Source: Porphyridium purpureum
Lineage: Eukaryota
Direction of reading: 5' to 3'
Assembly: GCA_008690995.1 (NCBI GenBank)
Contig: VRMN01000002.1
Span: 2,046,001-2,110,000 of the forward strand
Length of the DNA stretch: 64,000 bases
Position 1 is the first letter of the stretch. The number at the start of each line of letters is the position of its first letter. The notes beneath the pieces were generated by a model that searched no databases, had not been told where the DNA came from, and saw only the letters and a list, made by a program, of their open reading frames with translations. A program made the position numbers and the translations under genes. This document shows, piece by piece, positions 20,305 through 31,500 of this stretch.

Positions 20305-21102
20305 TCAAACTAATAACCTTGCATTGACACAGCCGTCGTTTTCCACGTTGTTCATGACCTGAGCGTATTTGCTCCAAACGACTTTGCCAGAATTCGTGAC
20401 GAGACCGAGATCGCTGACATTGACCTCAATTACCGTGCCCTTGGTAATGACGCCCAGTTGAGTGTACGTTTGTCCTTGTGGGTTCTTCTTGACGCCCAAG
20501 ATATCCAGGCAGAATGTTGTTTGCAGCTCTGGGTGCGTCACATTTGCCTTTTTAACCCTCAGTCCCATGGGCCGAATGAAACGCTCGTACTTTGGTGGCT
20601 TGCGTGTAAAGTTGTCACCCACGAAAGTGGCCTTGGTGACCACGCGTTTCCATTCCTTGTTCTTGCGCTTGCCCGACTTCATGACCTTGAACATCTCATC
20701 CTCTGCGACCGCACGCACCTTGGGCAGCGGCACGTCCCACTTCCCGGCCTTCTCTTTCCGCTTCTGCTTGACCGTGTTGGACAGCACCTTGGAGCGCGTC
20801 ACCTCCTCTCGGTCGAGCAAATAGCCTGGCACTGCGCCCTTCTTGACATCCTTGTCCGCTGACGCGTCGGCATCCTTGTTCTTCTTGTTGCGCTGCTGAT
20901 GCATGTTGATCTTCTTCTTCATAATTGCCTTCTCCTTGAACCTTTGCTTGTTGTACAACTTGGCCTTGATTCCCGTCAGCGAGTGCGCCTTGCTCGCCAC
21001 GACGCGCACCGAGCGCGCCTCTTTCTTCCGCTCCTTCTCCTCATAGTCAAACCGCCGCCCATACTTCTTGCGGTGCTCATCAATGTAGTCGCCCTGCGGC
21101 AT
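20305..21102 (-). CDS. NSA2: Ribosome biogenesis protein NSA2
   Basis: MPQGDYI start, [24 protein letters not shown] and [17 protein letters not shown] are highly conserved. Confidence 0.98.
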   Translation of the reverse strand: MPQGDYIDEHRKKYGRRFDYEEKERKKEARSVRVVASKAHSLTGIKAKLYNKQRFKEKAIMKKKINMHQQRNKKNKDADASADKDVKKGAVPGYLLDREEVTRSKVLSNTVKQKRKEKAGKWDVPLPKVRAVAEDEMFKVMKSGKRKNKEWKRVVTKATFVGDNFTRKPPKYERFIRPMGLRVKKANVTHPELQTTFCLDILGVKKNPQGQTYTQLGVITKGTVIEVNVSDLGLVTNSGKVVWSKYAQVMNNVENDGCVNARLLV

Positions 21103-21257
21103 CTTGCTTCCCCTCTCCACACAACTACTCCTCTCCTCCTTCTCCTCTTCCTCTTCCTTCAACTTTGCCACACGCGGCCGCACCGCACACAATTTTCACG
21201 GCGACACAACACAAGTTTATAGCAAACGCGGCCTGTTTTGATAGGACTGTCAAGCCG

Positions 21258-22370
21258 CTAGTCGAAGAACTGCGAGAAGTAGCGCGCGGTCAGTTGCGGC
21301 TTCTCAAGGTGCGGGACATGGCCACATTCCGGCAGAATGTGGACGCGCAGCGACTCGGCCTGCGTGAGAGCCTGCTTGAATTGGTCCACGTACTTGAGCT
21401 CCAAAATCTGGTCGTCCTCGCCCCACAGAATCAGCACGGGCTGTTTGACCTGTCCAATCAGCGAGCTGACCCTGTATCCTCCACTGCGCAGGAATTCCAC
21501 GCTTGCCAGCTCCCAGTTGCGCGCAAAGCAGTGCAGTCGACCGATACGCAGCGCGTCCTCGGTCGCAAATCGTGTCTTGTCTGTGTAGGACATTTGGTTC
21601 GCCATGTTGCGCAGCGGCTTGGTCTTGAGAACCGCAATCCCGAGCTGGTCAAGCGGCCAGAATAACTTGGGCGCGCCTTCAATGAAGCCCTGGGCGTCAA
21701 TCAGCACCATGGCTCGCACCCACTCGGCACAATTCACTGCAAAGTCGATCGCCGCCGCGCCGCCGAGACTCGCCCCGCATGCAATGACTGGCTGCTTGAC
21801 ATACTGTTTCACAAATGCCTCGAGGTGCTCCCTCCGCCCGAGCGGCCCAAAGTCTAGCCCAGGCTCTCGGCTCGTGAAGCCGAGACCCACCAGATCGACC
21901 GCAAGCACGCGAAAGCCTGCTTCGACCAAAAGCGGGACCAATCTGCGGTACTCCAGGATGGATGAATCGAATCCGGGAATCAGTAGCACTGGTGGTAGCG
22001 GCTGAACGAGCTCAGCACCTTGATCGATGAACGTCGTTTCCACCTGCTGCGCTGTTCGTGGCAGCGTGAGCGTAACCTGCTTCAGAGAGGCAAGCATCTC
22101 CCTAGCTGCGGGCTCCTCAATCTCCCGAACTGCATCAGCAGGTACCAATTTTTCAATCAGCGACAAGGAGGACGTGGACGATGAAGGCGCCGCCGAGGAA
22201 GCTGTAACGACGCGCCCATTCATCACACAGAGACCCCACTTTCTCGACCGAGCGCGGTTCGGTGCCCACGTCGACTGCACCCGACATACCTGGATTTTGT
22301 TTGTCCTAAACGTATGCAAATGCGATCCGTGCGCGCTTTGCGCTACCTGGAATGCCGCGGAGCCGACCAT
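21258..22370 (-). CDS. Alpha/beta hydrolase, probably plastid-targeted
   Basis: LIPGFDSSILEYRRL, nucleophile elbow GASLGG, ILWGEDD and CGHVPHLE. Ser/Arg-rich N-terminus with AAF. Confidence 0.9.
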   Translation of the reverse strand: MVGSAAFQVAQSAHGSHLHTFRTNKIQVCRVQSTWAPNRARSRKWGLCVMNGRVVTASSAAPSSSTSSLSLIEKLVPADAVREIEEPAAREMLASLKQVTLTLPRTAQQVETTFIDQGAELVQPLPPVLLIPGFDSSILEYRRLVPLLVEAGFRVLAVDLVGLGFTSREPGLDFGPLGRREHLEAFVKQYVKQPVIACGASLGGAAAIDFAVNCAEWVRAMVLIDAQGFIEGAPKLFWPLDQLGIAVLKTKPLRNMANQMSYTDKTRFATEDALRIGRLHCFARNWELASVEFLRSGGYRVSSLIGQVKQPVLILWGEDDQILELKYVDQFKQALTQAESLRVHILPECGHVPHLEKPQLTARYFSQFFD

Positions 22371-22615
22371 GCTCTCGCAAACTACCGAACATCTCACGGC
22401 GATCACCACCAGTGTAGCCAAACAAGGTGGAGCGGCTTATCGGCTCCTCGTGGGATTGGACGTCAAGCCTAAATGGTTTATTGACTTATTGGATTAACGG
22501 GTTAATGGTTTAGTGGTTCATTGGCGTAAAGTTCGGCGCAAGCGCGTGCGGTTGCGCGGGTTGCGGCGGCGGAGCAGCATGGCCAAGGAGGAAGAGAAGT
22601 TCAGAGGTACTTCAC

Positions 22616-23731
22616 ATGATGTTTGTCGGGGCGCATTCTGCGAGATGGCGACCGCGCGCGCTAGGCGTGCCTGGAGCGTCGCCGGCGTCGCCCGCGTCGG
22701 CGCGGTGTGACCAGCAACGGAATGTGAGGAATGCCGGAGTGCGTGCGATGATGCCGACCTCGCAGAAACGCAGCATGCGTCTGAACAGTCTGCCCGTAGG
22801 CGTGCTGTGGGCGTCGGCGTCGGCGTCGGCTGTAGAGACCGACGTGGATCCTAAAATTATCGATGGCAAGGCGATGGCAAGGCAAGTAGAAGACGAGCTC
22901 GCCGCCGAGGTGACGCACATGAAGGAGACCAATGGGTTGGTGCCCGGTCTGGCAGTGATCATCGTTGGTGAGCGCAAGGATTCGCAAACATACGTTCGTG
23001 CAAAGCGGAAAGCTTGCGAGAGGGTCGGTATTGCCTCATTTGGGTACGATTTGCCCGAGGCCACCACGCAGCACGATCTCGAGGTACTGATCGAGCAGCT
23101 GAACGTGCGAGCAGACGTTCACGGAATTTTGGTGCAGCTTCCGCTTCCAAGCCATATTGACAGTGAGGTGGTACTGGACAAGATCTCTTACGAAAAGGAC
23201 GTGGATGGCTTTCACCCGCTGAATATGGGACGTCTTTGCATGGCTGGCGGGGGCCGCGAAGAGCCACGCTTCGTGCCTTGCACTCCAAAAGGATGCATTG
23301 AGATGCTCAAGCGCAAAAATGTTGCTGTGGCGGGAAAGAACGCAGTTGTTCTGGGGCGAAGTAACATCGTCGGTCTCCCCGCGGCGATGCTCCTCAACCA
23401 AATGGATGCAACGGTGACTATTTGCCATTCAAAGACGCAAGACCTCGCCGCGAAAGTACGAGATGCGGACATTTTGGTCGCCGCCGTTGGCCGTGCACAG
23501 TTTGTTCCTGGAGATTGGATTAAACCGGGAGCAGTGGTGATTGATGTTGGTATAAACGCTGTGGAAGACGCGTCAAAGAAGAGCGGATACCGTCTTGTGG
23601 GCGACGTGGACTACGCCTCGTGCTACGAAAAGGCAAGCCTGATCACGCCGGTCCCTGGTGGTGTGGGACCCATGACGATTGCCATGCTGCTGCGTAACAC
23701 TGTAGATGGTGCTGCGCGGAGCCTTGAGTGA
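22616..23731 (+). CDS. folD: Bifunctional methylenetetrahydrofolate dehydrogenase/cyclohydrolase, organelle-targeted
   Basis: IIDGK, YVRAK, GILVQLPLP, KDVDGFHP, PCTPKG, GRSNIVG, VIDVGIN and ITPVPGGVGPMT. Confidence 0.97.
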   Translation: MMFVGAHSARWRPRALGVPGASPASPASARCDQQRNVRNAGVRAMMPTSQKRSMRLNSLPVGVLWASASASAVETDVDPKIIDGKAMARQVEDELAAEVTHMKETNGLVPGLAVIIVGERKDSQTYVRAKRKACERVGIASFGYDLPEATTQHDLEVLIEQLNVRADVHGILVQLPLPSHIDSEVVLDKISYEKDVDGFHPLNMGRLCMAGGGREEPRFVPCTPKGCIEMLKRKNVAVAGKNAVVLGRSNIVGLPAAMLLNQMDATVTICHSKTQDLAAKVRDADILVAAVGRAQFVPGDWIKPGAVVIDVGINAVEDASKKSGYRLVGDVDYASCYEKASLITPVPGGVGPMTIAMLLRNTVDGAARSLE

Positions 23732-24046
23732 GACAATGCATGCAGCGCTCTGCGTGCGTGTTGCGTAAATTCGAAATGCATACTGTTCGTTTCATTTTGA
23801 GGCAAAGCAAAAATTCCAGCCCCGATAAGGCACTGGCCACGGCGTCTAAACGATGCGCAAACGTTGCTTTCTCAAGCCGAAGATTTCTTGCAACCCTCCT
23901 CTTTATTCTCGTGAAGTCATCGAGACGAACGCGTTCAAGCCATCTTTTTGTTTGCTTCTCTTAAAGTCATGCGATAAACGGACAGAGCCATACGTGGTCA
24001 TGGCCTCCGGTGCTCCTTCGGTGCAACCTGATCAAGCCTCTAGCAG

Positions 24047-25573
24047 TCACTGAGAGCCTTCGCTCGAATTGACACCGAGCAAGAGCGATTGCTGCTCATT
24101 AGGCAAGCGGCTTGCGAAAAGCACCAAGAACTCTTCGGCATCATCTGTGTGGACGTGCACGAAAATCTGCAACGCAGTAAGCTCTTCACCTGACCCGGAC
24201 TTACTGTTTGGATCAGCACCCAAAAGCACCAGAAACTCAAACAAGGGTTTCGACACGCATGATACTGATCGAGACGCGGCGTCACATACGTCGTCTTCTT
24301 CGCCCGAGTCATCGTCACCATCGCAAAAGAAATATTTGCGGCTCTTCAGTTTCGCCACTCGATGCAATGCAGTCTCGCCGGCGGAGTCTACGCAGTCGAT
24401 GGGGAGCCCGTGACCAATGACCAACTGCGCGATGCATTTCCTTCGCTCGCAATCAATCGAGAGCTCTGAACTGACCAGCAGGTGCAGCGCGCTAAAGCCC
24501 TCATCCATGCGCGCATTCACATTGGCGCCGTTTTTGAGCAGAAAGCCCACACAATCGTCCTCACCAGCCCATACGGCCTCGAGCAGCGCTGTGCTGCCTT
24601 GGTCTGCACACGCATTTATGTCTGCGCCGTGCTCCAGAAGAATCCGCAAGTGCTTTGTCTTCCCGTACTCTGCTGCGCACATGAGCGCAGAAAACCTTGT
24701 GTGGTCTGCGTCCTTGGCGTCCGCGCCGCATTCAAGCAGGAGGCGCAAAGTCGACTCGGACGCGTACGCTGCGGCCGCCATGAGCACCGAGGAGCCTTCT
24801 GCATCCCTTGTCTCAAAAGCCGCACCATGCTCGAGCAAAACCGCCGCACAATCCTCAAGACCTTCCTGCACTGCGCAGTGCAGCGCACTGCATCCGTCAT
24901 TCCGTTGTTCGTCCAGAAGGTGACCAGACGCCAACAGCATACGCAAACAGGCGAGATGTCCGCGCTCAGCGGCCGTGTGGAGTGGCGTGGAGCCGTCAAA
25001 CTGCGTGACGTGTGGTGATGCTCCGTAGGCCAATAACACGCGCACACACTCGAGGTGCCCGTGGTATACGGCGCTCGCCAGCGGTGTGTACCCATCATTC
25101 GTGCACACGTCTGGATCCGCACCGTTCTGCAAGAGCGCGGCTACGCAGCCGGGGTGTCCGCTCCTTGCCGCTCGCGCAAGCGCCGAGACACCGCGCGCAT
25201 CCAGTGCATCAATGCGCGCGCCATGCGCCATGAGCACGTGCAGCGTCCGCTCATGCCCGCGCTCTGCCGCTTCCATCAACGCGGTGCTGCCGCTGTTCAT
25301 CGTATTCCCCCACGCATCTACCTCTGCACCATGGCGCAGAAGCACATCCACCATCTGCGCGTGCCCATTTCTCAACGCCTCGTACATCGCGTACGGTGTG
25401 CTGCGACATTGCGCAAACGCAGACACCGCATCCAGCCCGCGCTGCCGATACTCGTCGGACAGCGCTCCTATACACGCAAGCACAGACTCTACATCGCCAC
25501 GCCGCGCGTATTCCACCAGCCACGCGTGCACGTCGTCAAGCATCCCGTCGCCACCATCCAGTCGTCTGCGCAT
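24047..25573 (-). CDS. Ankyrin-repeat protein
   Basis: Roughly 10 tandem G-x-T-A/P-L-x-x-A-A..G-H..L-L-x-x-G-A repeats. Confidence 0.92.
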   Translation of the reverse strand: MRRRLDGGDGMLDDVHAWLVEYARRGDVESVLACIGALSDEYRQRGLDAVSAFAQCRSTPYAMYEALRNGHAQMVDVLLRHGAEVDAWGNTMNSGSTALMEAAERGHERTLHVLMAHGARIDALDARGVSALARAARSGHPGCVAALLQNGADPDVCTNDGYTPLASAVYHGHLECVRVLLAYGASPHVTQFDGSTPLHTAAERGHLACLRMLLASGHLLDEQRNDGCSALHCAVQEGLEDCAAVLLEHGAAFETRDAEGSSVLMAAAAYASESTLRLLLECGADAKDADHTRFSALMCAAEYGKTKHLRILLEHGADINACADQGSTALLEAVWAGEDDCVGFLLKNGANVNARMDEGFSALHLLVSSELSIDCERRKCIAQLVIGHGLPIDCVDSAGETALHRVAKLKSRKYFFCDGDDDSGEEDDVCDAASRSVSCVSKPLFEFLVLLGADPNSKSGSGEELTALQIFVHVHTDDAEEFLVLFASRLPNEQQSLLLGVNSSEGSQ

Positions 25574-25646
25574 ATCACTCGCTCGCCGCGTTCTCTGTCG
25601 CCCTGCTGCCGCCTGCTCCCCTCAAACCACAAAGCTTCGCCGCATT

Positions 25647-25722
25647 CACTGTACCTACCACGCACCGAACTGTACATAGAACAGTACCCCTTAGTACAGT
25701 ATAAGCGAGCTGCGGTACAGTG
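25647..25722. promoter_or_regulatory. Four GTACAGT/ACTGTAC motifs upstream of the ankyrin gene
   Basis: Copies at 25648, 25669, 25694 and 25715 within a ~160-bp spacer. Confidence 0.55.
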
Positions 25723-25734
25723 GCGGTCGGTCCA

Positions 25735-27276
25735 CTAGTCGTGGCCCGTGCTGCCAAAGCCGCCGTGTCCGCGCGCGGTGTCGTCAAACATGTGCGGCAC
25801 CTCGCAGATCTGCGCGTGCACCTGGTATCTGAAAATGAGCTGGCAGCAGCGGAAGGGCAGCGGCAGCTCGGGCGCGTCCGGGTCGACCTTGACGAGCGCG
25901 ACGAACAGGTTGCCGTTGTACGACGCGTCGATGATGCCCACGCTGTTCGCCAGCATGTACCCGCTTTTGGACAGCGAGCTGCGCGGCGCCACCTCGCAGT
26001 AGATCCCGTGCTTCATGCGGATGCGGATGCCCGTGTCGTACAGCGTCACGTTGCTGCGCAGCTGCTTGGCCACTTTGATCACCGTCAAGTCGTAGCCCAC
26101 GTCGGACACTTTGGACTTGCTTGGGATGATCGCAGCCGGGTCCGACCGGAATACCTGGCACTCGGGTAAACGTGCCGCCGAGCGAGACAACAGCATCGAC
26201 GCCCATGTGATCCAGCGCAAAAAGTGCTGGTGCTTGCTCTTGAGCACGCGCTCCCCACAGTGCAAATACATGCGTCCCAGCAGATCAATGCAATTGGAAA
26301 AGTGGAACCACACCTCACCGTCGGCCATCACATTATAAGGCACGCCCAGACGGTCTGCGTACGCTCTAGCAAGCGGAGCCAGCCCTGGCTGGAACGCACA
26401 CGCGGGCGTCTCACTGCTTGCTTGGTCTGAAATCTTCCCACACGCGTCGAAGACGCCTCGCATGAAATCATCCACGTGAGCGCGTGCAGGGCAAGCGTCC
26501 AGGGCTTTGAAGAGCTCTGTCATCCAGGCGTCCTTGCCTTGGGCCAAGCCGTCTAGAAGGGCCTTTGAGTCCGAAATGGATTGCAAAAAGGTCGCAAATT
26601 CACCGCGCGAGGGCGCCACGAACTCGTACGCTCCTCCAGCTTGCTGCTGATCGGCGCGCTTCTCTGCGGTGTCTGTGACGCCCGCCTCGGTCACGTGGCT
26701 TGGAAACAACTTGCGAAAGTAGGCCGCGTCTTCGGAAAGCAGAGGAAATGAGCAAGCTTTTGTAGTCTGTACGGGACTGATCGCTGCCGAAACTGCGGCC
26801 CAGCCCATCAGGTAAAACTGATCTGCGGAAGGTAGCTCGCTGAGCGGCAGCTGTCGTGTCTTTCGGCATGGCACGCAGACTGGCTTCAGCCCGTTGTCGA
26901 GCATTTCAAGAGCTTCAACGTACATCATCTGGAAGTTTCCGTCACACTCTTTGGGCTGCGGCGGAGCTGCACCGTTCGCCCCATCTGCGTCTGCGGCCGC
27001 TGCCGTCGCGCAGCGCAGCGTCACATACGCTCTGGACTCCCTATCCAGCGCGGTCACGTTTGTGACAAAACCAGTGTACGCCGTCTGGATCATGTCGACG
27101 AAGCGCGTCTTTGCTGTTTTCGCAGCACTCTGCTGTGTTGTCAATGCCCTCGCACTGCGCTTGGCAAGCACACAGCTTGCACGTGGACCGGTCGCCGTTC
27201 CCTGCCCGCGTCGTGTGACCAAGGAAGACAACCCAGCGACAAACGCTCCACTTGTGCGCTTCATATGCTCACGCAT
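25735..27276 (-). CDS. dut: Trimeric dUTPase fused to an N-terminal Cys-rich module and a degenerate LAGLIDADG-like domain; putative transit peptide
   Basis: C-terminal dUTPase motifs DVGYDL, PRSS, NSVGIIDASYNG, CCQLIF and RGHGGFGSTG. Upstream are FYLMGWAAVSA and FMRGVFDACG. Start is uncertain (ATG at 27417, 27276 or 27264). Confidence 0.88.
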   Translation of the reverse strand: MREHMKRTSGAFVAGLSSLVTRRGQGTATGPRASCVLAKRSARALTTQQSAAKTAKTRFVDMIQTAYTGFVTNVTALDRESRAYVTLRCATAAAADADGANGAAPPQPKECDGNFQMMYVEALEMLDNGLKPVCVPCRKTRQLPLSELPSADQFYLMGWAAVSAAISPVQTTKACSFPLLSEDAAYFRKLFPSHVTEAGVTDTAEKRADQQQAGGAYEFVAPSRGEFATFLQSISDSKALLDGLAQGKDAWMTELFKALDACPARAHVDDFMRGVFDACGKISDQASSETPACAFQPGLAPLARAYADRLGVPYNVMADGEVWFHFSNCIDLLGRMYLHCGERVLKSKHQHFLRWITWASMLLSRSAARLPECQVFRSDPAAIIPSKSKVSDVGYDLTVIKVAKQLRSNVTLYDTGIRIRMKHGIYCEVAPRSSLSKSGYMLANSVGIIDASYNGNLFVALVKVDPDAPELPLPFRCCQLIFRYQVHAQICEVPHMFDDTARGHGGFGSTGHD

Positions 27277-28003
27277 GTCCACGCAGTACGGATAACTCTT
27301 GTGCGCGCGCTTGTGTGTGTGTGTTCGCGTGTTGAGCGCGAACGCTTCGGAACCGGAATCCGCACGCGCGCGCCCAGCCCCTTCCGTCCGCGAGCTGTGC
27401 GCCGCGTTTCGCGCCATGACAAAGTACAGCGCGTGTACAGTGTACCTCCACGCTCAAACCGAACACACGCGCCGCAGCGATGGCGCGATCGACGCCGTCC
27501 GGGTTCTCTCCTGTCTGAGCGGTTAAAATGCGTCCCACAGCTTAACGGGCCAGCCGCTAACCGGTGGCCGGAAACCGATAGCCGATAAGCATTCTAACTG
27601 AGTGGTGTGACAGTTGGCGGCGCGTGTCTATTTTAGTCGGCGCCAATCTTGCGCGAGGCTGCAGCAAGGTGTGAGCCGCGCATGGCGCTCGACGCCGAGC
27701 GTGATCCATCCCGCTCGTCGGCGGCAGGGACACTGCGCCGCTGGGGAAGACGCCTCGGCGACATGTCTCGCCCTGACGCGAACGACGCGCGGCGTGGGCT
27801 GCACACTGGCGGAGCGCGCCGAGCAAGCGAGCACGGTGATTGACGCGGCGCGTGCGCAGACCGCGCGCTGTACATGCGCGTGGCCAACAAGGCGGTTTTG
27901 CAATGCAGCGCGATGACGCGGCGCGCTTGTGTTTTTGTCTGATGCCTTTGTCCCGGATCGCAGCTTGTGCGTGCACTGTACGCGAACGACACACGCGGGG
28001 TTT

Positions 28004-28028
28004 GTGTGTATGTGTGTGTGTGTGTGTG
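28004..28028. repeat. (TG)n microsatellite
   Basis: TG run with one interruption, directly visible. Confidence 0.85.
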
Positions 28029-28516
28029 AGAGTTGATGGCGCACGCCGCACCGCAGAACATGACACGCGGTTGATAGAAGGACTGAAGCGGTTTATTCGG
28101 GTTGGTGGGTGTGTATGGTGAGCGTGCGTGGGATAAGGAGGAACTGTAGAAACAACATGAAGAACGTGAGGGCGAGACGGAATGAAGAGGGAGAGAGAGA
28201 GCAGGAGAAGGATTGGGGGGAGAACAGAGAGGGGGGGAACGACGGGTTTGCGGTGGGGTGGGGTGGTTCGAGAAGCGCGTCGATATTGGGGTCTGAGGTA
28301 AGCACGGCGCTTCGTGGCCACGAAGACTGGCCACCGCGTGCGGTCGCGGGTACACGCGACTGCCGGTGCATCCCGCTGCAGAGCATCTGTGGTTCTGGCG
28401 GATTCAGGCAGGCGAAAGGAGAAGTGTCGAGCTCCAGTGCCCCGGTTCTGTCGAGCTACTCGCGGGCTTCGGCAGCCGTGACCCGCGGGTGTCCGGCGGG
28501 TTGCGGCAGGGGAAAT

Positions 28517-31500
28517 ATGGACGTCGAGAAACAAGAGACGGACACGGGGCTTCCGTGTTTGAAGAGTATGGCGCCGGAGCGCCAACGGTATATCGTGGTC
28601 ATGTTCGTGCTTCTGTCAATCGTCGCGGGTGTTGCCACGTTTGTGTCCACATTTCCACCCACCACCGACCCGGCCGCGTACATGGTAATCACGTCCACGG
28701 TCGGGTCTGCGCAGGACAGAGACATGCGTGCGGAGACGCACAAACAGGTCGCCATGTCAGTCCAAGCAACCACTTCACAGACCGAGGCAGATGGTTTAGT
28801 CGAAAAGAGCACGCCAGGGGAAGTGATCGAAAGCGGAAGAGCAGAACGGGAAGAGCCGGACGTCCAAGATCACCACGCCAAGCCAACTGACGTCACGGTC
28901 GAAGAAGTTGAGCACGCGGAGTCGCCCTCAGAGCCAACAGTGCAGCCGGACGCTAGGTCGCCCCGTGCAGAGCTTGATGTGAAAGACAGTCGAACAGAAG
29001 ACGACGGACCGGAACTGCGGGCTTCTCTGGAATCATCGCCTGATGATGACAGCAAAGACACCATGAGTACGAGCCCGATAGACAGCGGCTCCCCCGCGCC
29101 TGCGAAAGATGCGTCTGTTCAAGACTCTGCGGCAGATGCATCGTCTTTGGCGTCCGAATCACGAGAAGCATCGCCATCCGACGGTCAAACGCCGGACGCA
29201 AAAAATGACATGAAGGATACTTTAGAGCATGCGGAGAAAGAGACTCCAGGAGAGCACCCCAAAACCATGGATGGGGCCAGCACGGCTGAGCCGGCGCCGG
29301 CGAATGATGGTGCACGGCCGGAGCAGGACGGCGTTCGAGAACAAGAAACCATGCCCGCGAGCGAAACAAGCAAGGAAGGAGAAGGGCAAGAAGCAACGCG
29401 GTCATTGGTTGCACACCCTTCCATCATAGCTGCTGAAACAGCGCGGCGCAGTCCACGTGACTCTTGCAAGCTCCGTGCTTGCGAGGAGAGTGGCAACGTG
29501 CGGCCGCTGCTCTGCCGCTTTCTCTATGGCGCCGGGCCGAACCCGATTTTGAATAATGAAACGGTGGTAATTTACAACAAGCCCCTCAAGCAGAGCAGCA
29601 CGACAATCTACGGACTGATGATGGCCTGGTACGAAGCGTACGGATACGAAGCGGGAAATCGGCCACCTTTGGACGCCAAACTGGACAAGGATGTGACGCG
29701 CGCCATCAGTAGTCCCAGCGCGCAACGCCTGGCCGTCGAGCTGGCCCGAAAAGTCAAATTCTGGGGTTGGCATATTGAGCTAAGCAACACGGATTTGTCC
29801 ATTCTGTACCGCTTGCGTGGTAATGACGATAACTTCATCATCAGCAGCCTACGGGATCCGCCATCGCAGGTCGTGTCCTACTTTTTTGAGACCAAGAAGA
29901 ACGTACCGGCCGAGCAAATCAGCGTTGAGGACTTGATCGGCTTCATCATGAGGCAAGGCAGGAACAACAACTATGCGTACCATTATGGTAGTCCAGGGTC
30001 GTGGGCGTATACAGCCGACTGCCAGCAGCTGGACTTGACGGCAAAGCGCGCTGAGGTTGCCCAGTACGTGAAGCGGTACGACTTTTTGTTCTCCACAAAC
30101 GAGCTGTCGGATGACTTTGACCTGTTCAATCGCGCGTTTGCCGTCGACCCGCCCATTGAAGGATCCGAAAATCTGCGCCCGGGACAATATAAGCTCTCAG
30201 ACGAGCTCATTCACTCGGCGCGCGTCCGCGCGGTGATTGATGCCAACATGTGCCTGGATAAAATCATGTACGAGGAGCTCTCGCGCCGGCGCAAATTCTT
30301 GGAGCACCTGTATCGCGGGAACATTGATTGGGGATGCGATGCACAAAGCGATGGCGCCTTGGCCAGCGCCAGTGGGATTGCAAATGATAGTGCTCGTGCG
30401 AGCACGAGTCTGGATCTGGCCACCGTGGGCAGCAGTGTGGAGCAAACATCTACTCCAAGAGCGCCCGTTTCTGTGCCGCAGAATTCACCCATTGTAACAC
30501 CTACGCCACTGAATTCAGTCGAATTGGCGCCTGGGACGCCGACGTCGGCGCCAATGCCACTTTTACCGCCAACATCCGCCGAAAAACGCTCGCCGTCCCC
30601 ACCGGAACAGCAAAACAAGGTTGCAGGTGCCGTGGGACATCCATCGACCTTCCGGAATACGAGGAAGCAGGATCCATGTCGCTTGAGTGCGTGTTTAAAG
30701 AGCGGCAGCGTGAGGCCGCTTCTGTGTCAGTATCTGTTTGGTGGTGGGACGAATCCGATGCTTAATAATAACACCGCGGTGGTGTACAACAAGCCCATGA
30801 AGCAGGGCAGCACGACAATCTATCATCGGCTTAAGGACTATTACGAATTGCAAGGCTACCGAGTAGGCGACAAACTGGATAAGAACGTCACGGAGTTTCC
30901 GCACACGAGCATACCTTCAGCCGAACGGCTGCAACTAGCTCGGGAGGTGAAGTACTGGGGCTGGCACATGCAATTGAGCGCCGAGCATGTTGAATACTTT
31001 ACCAAGCTGCGCGGGAACGATGACATATTTCTCATCACTAGCCTCCGCGACCCGTTTTCGCAGGTAGTGTCCTATTTCTTTGAGGCTCACAAGCACGAGT
31101 CTGCGACCGAGTTAAGTGTTCAGGACCTGGTCGACTTTATCGGCTTACAGGGGAAGAATAACAACTACGCTTATCACTATGGCTTGTCAGGGGCCTGGGC
31201 ATATAAGGCCAACTGTTCTGAAATTCACAAAGAGAGAATCCGGTGGCGAAGCGAGATTGGTGCATACGTTGGGCGCTACGACTATGTCTTCCACTCGGAC
31301 AAGCTCGAAAACGATTTTCGGCAACTCAACCGTGTATTCATGATTCATCCGCCTATTCCGGGTGAAGGTAATCTGCGAAAGGGCCAGTATAAGCTCCCGG
31401 ATGACATCATCGAATCGGAGCCCGTGCGGCGGGCGTTCAATGAGCACATGTGTCTGGATCGTCTCTTTCATGAAGAGTTGTTCAACCGGCGCACATACCT

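Noticed and set aside
26160..27100. Intein or mobile homing endonuclease inserted in the dUTPase
   Set aside because: The dUTPase domain is uninterrupted, no C-terminal His-Asn plus Cys/Ser/Thr splice junction is evident, and the catalytic acids look lost. Treated as a fusion instead.
27557..28585. 342-aa and 240-aa minus-strand ORFs
   Set aside because: Low-complexity translations of microsatellite and purine-rich leader sequence, no motifs.
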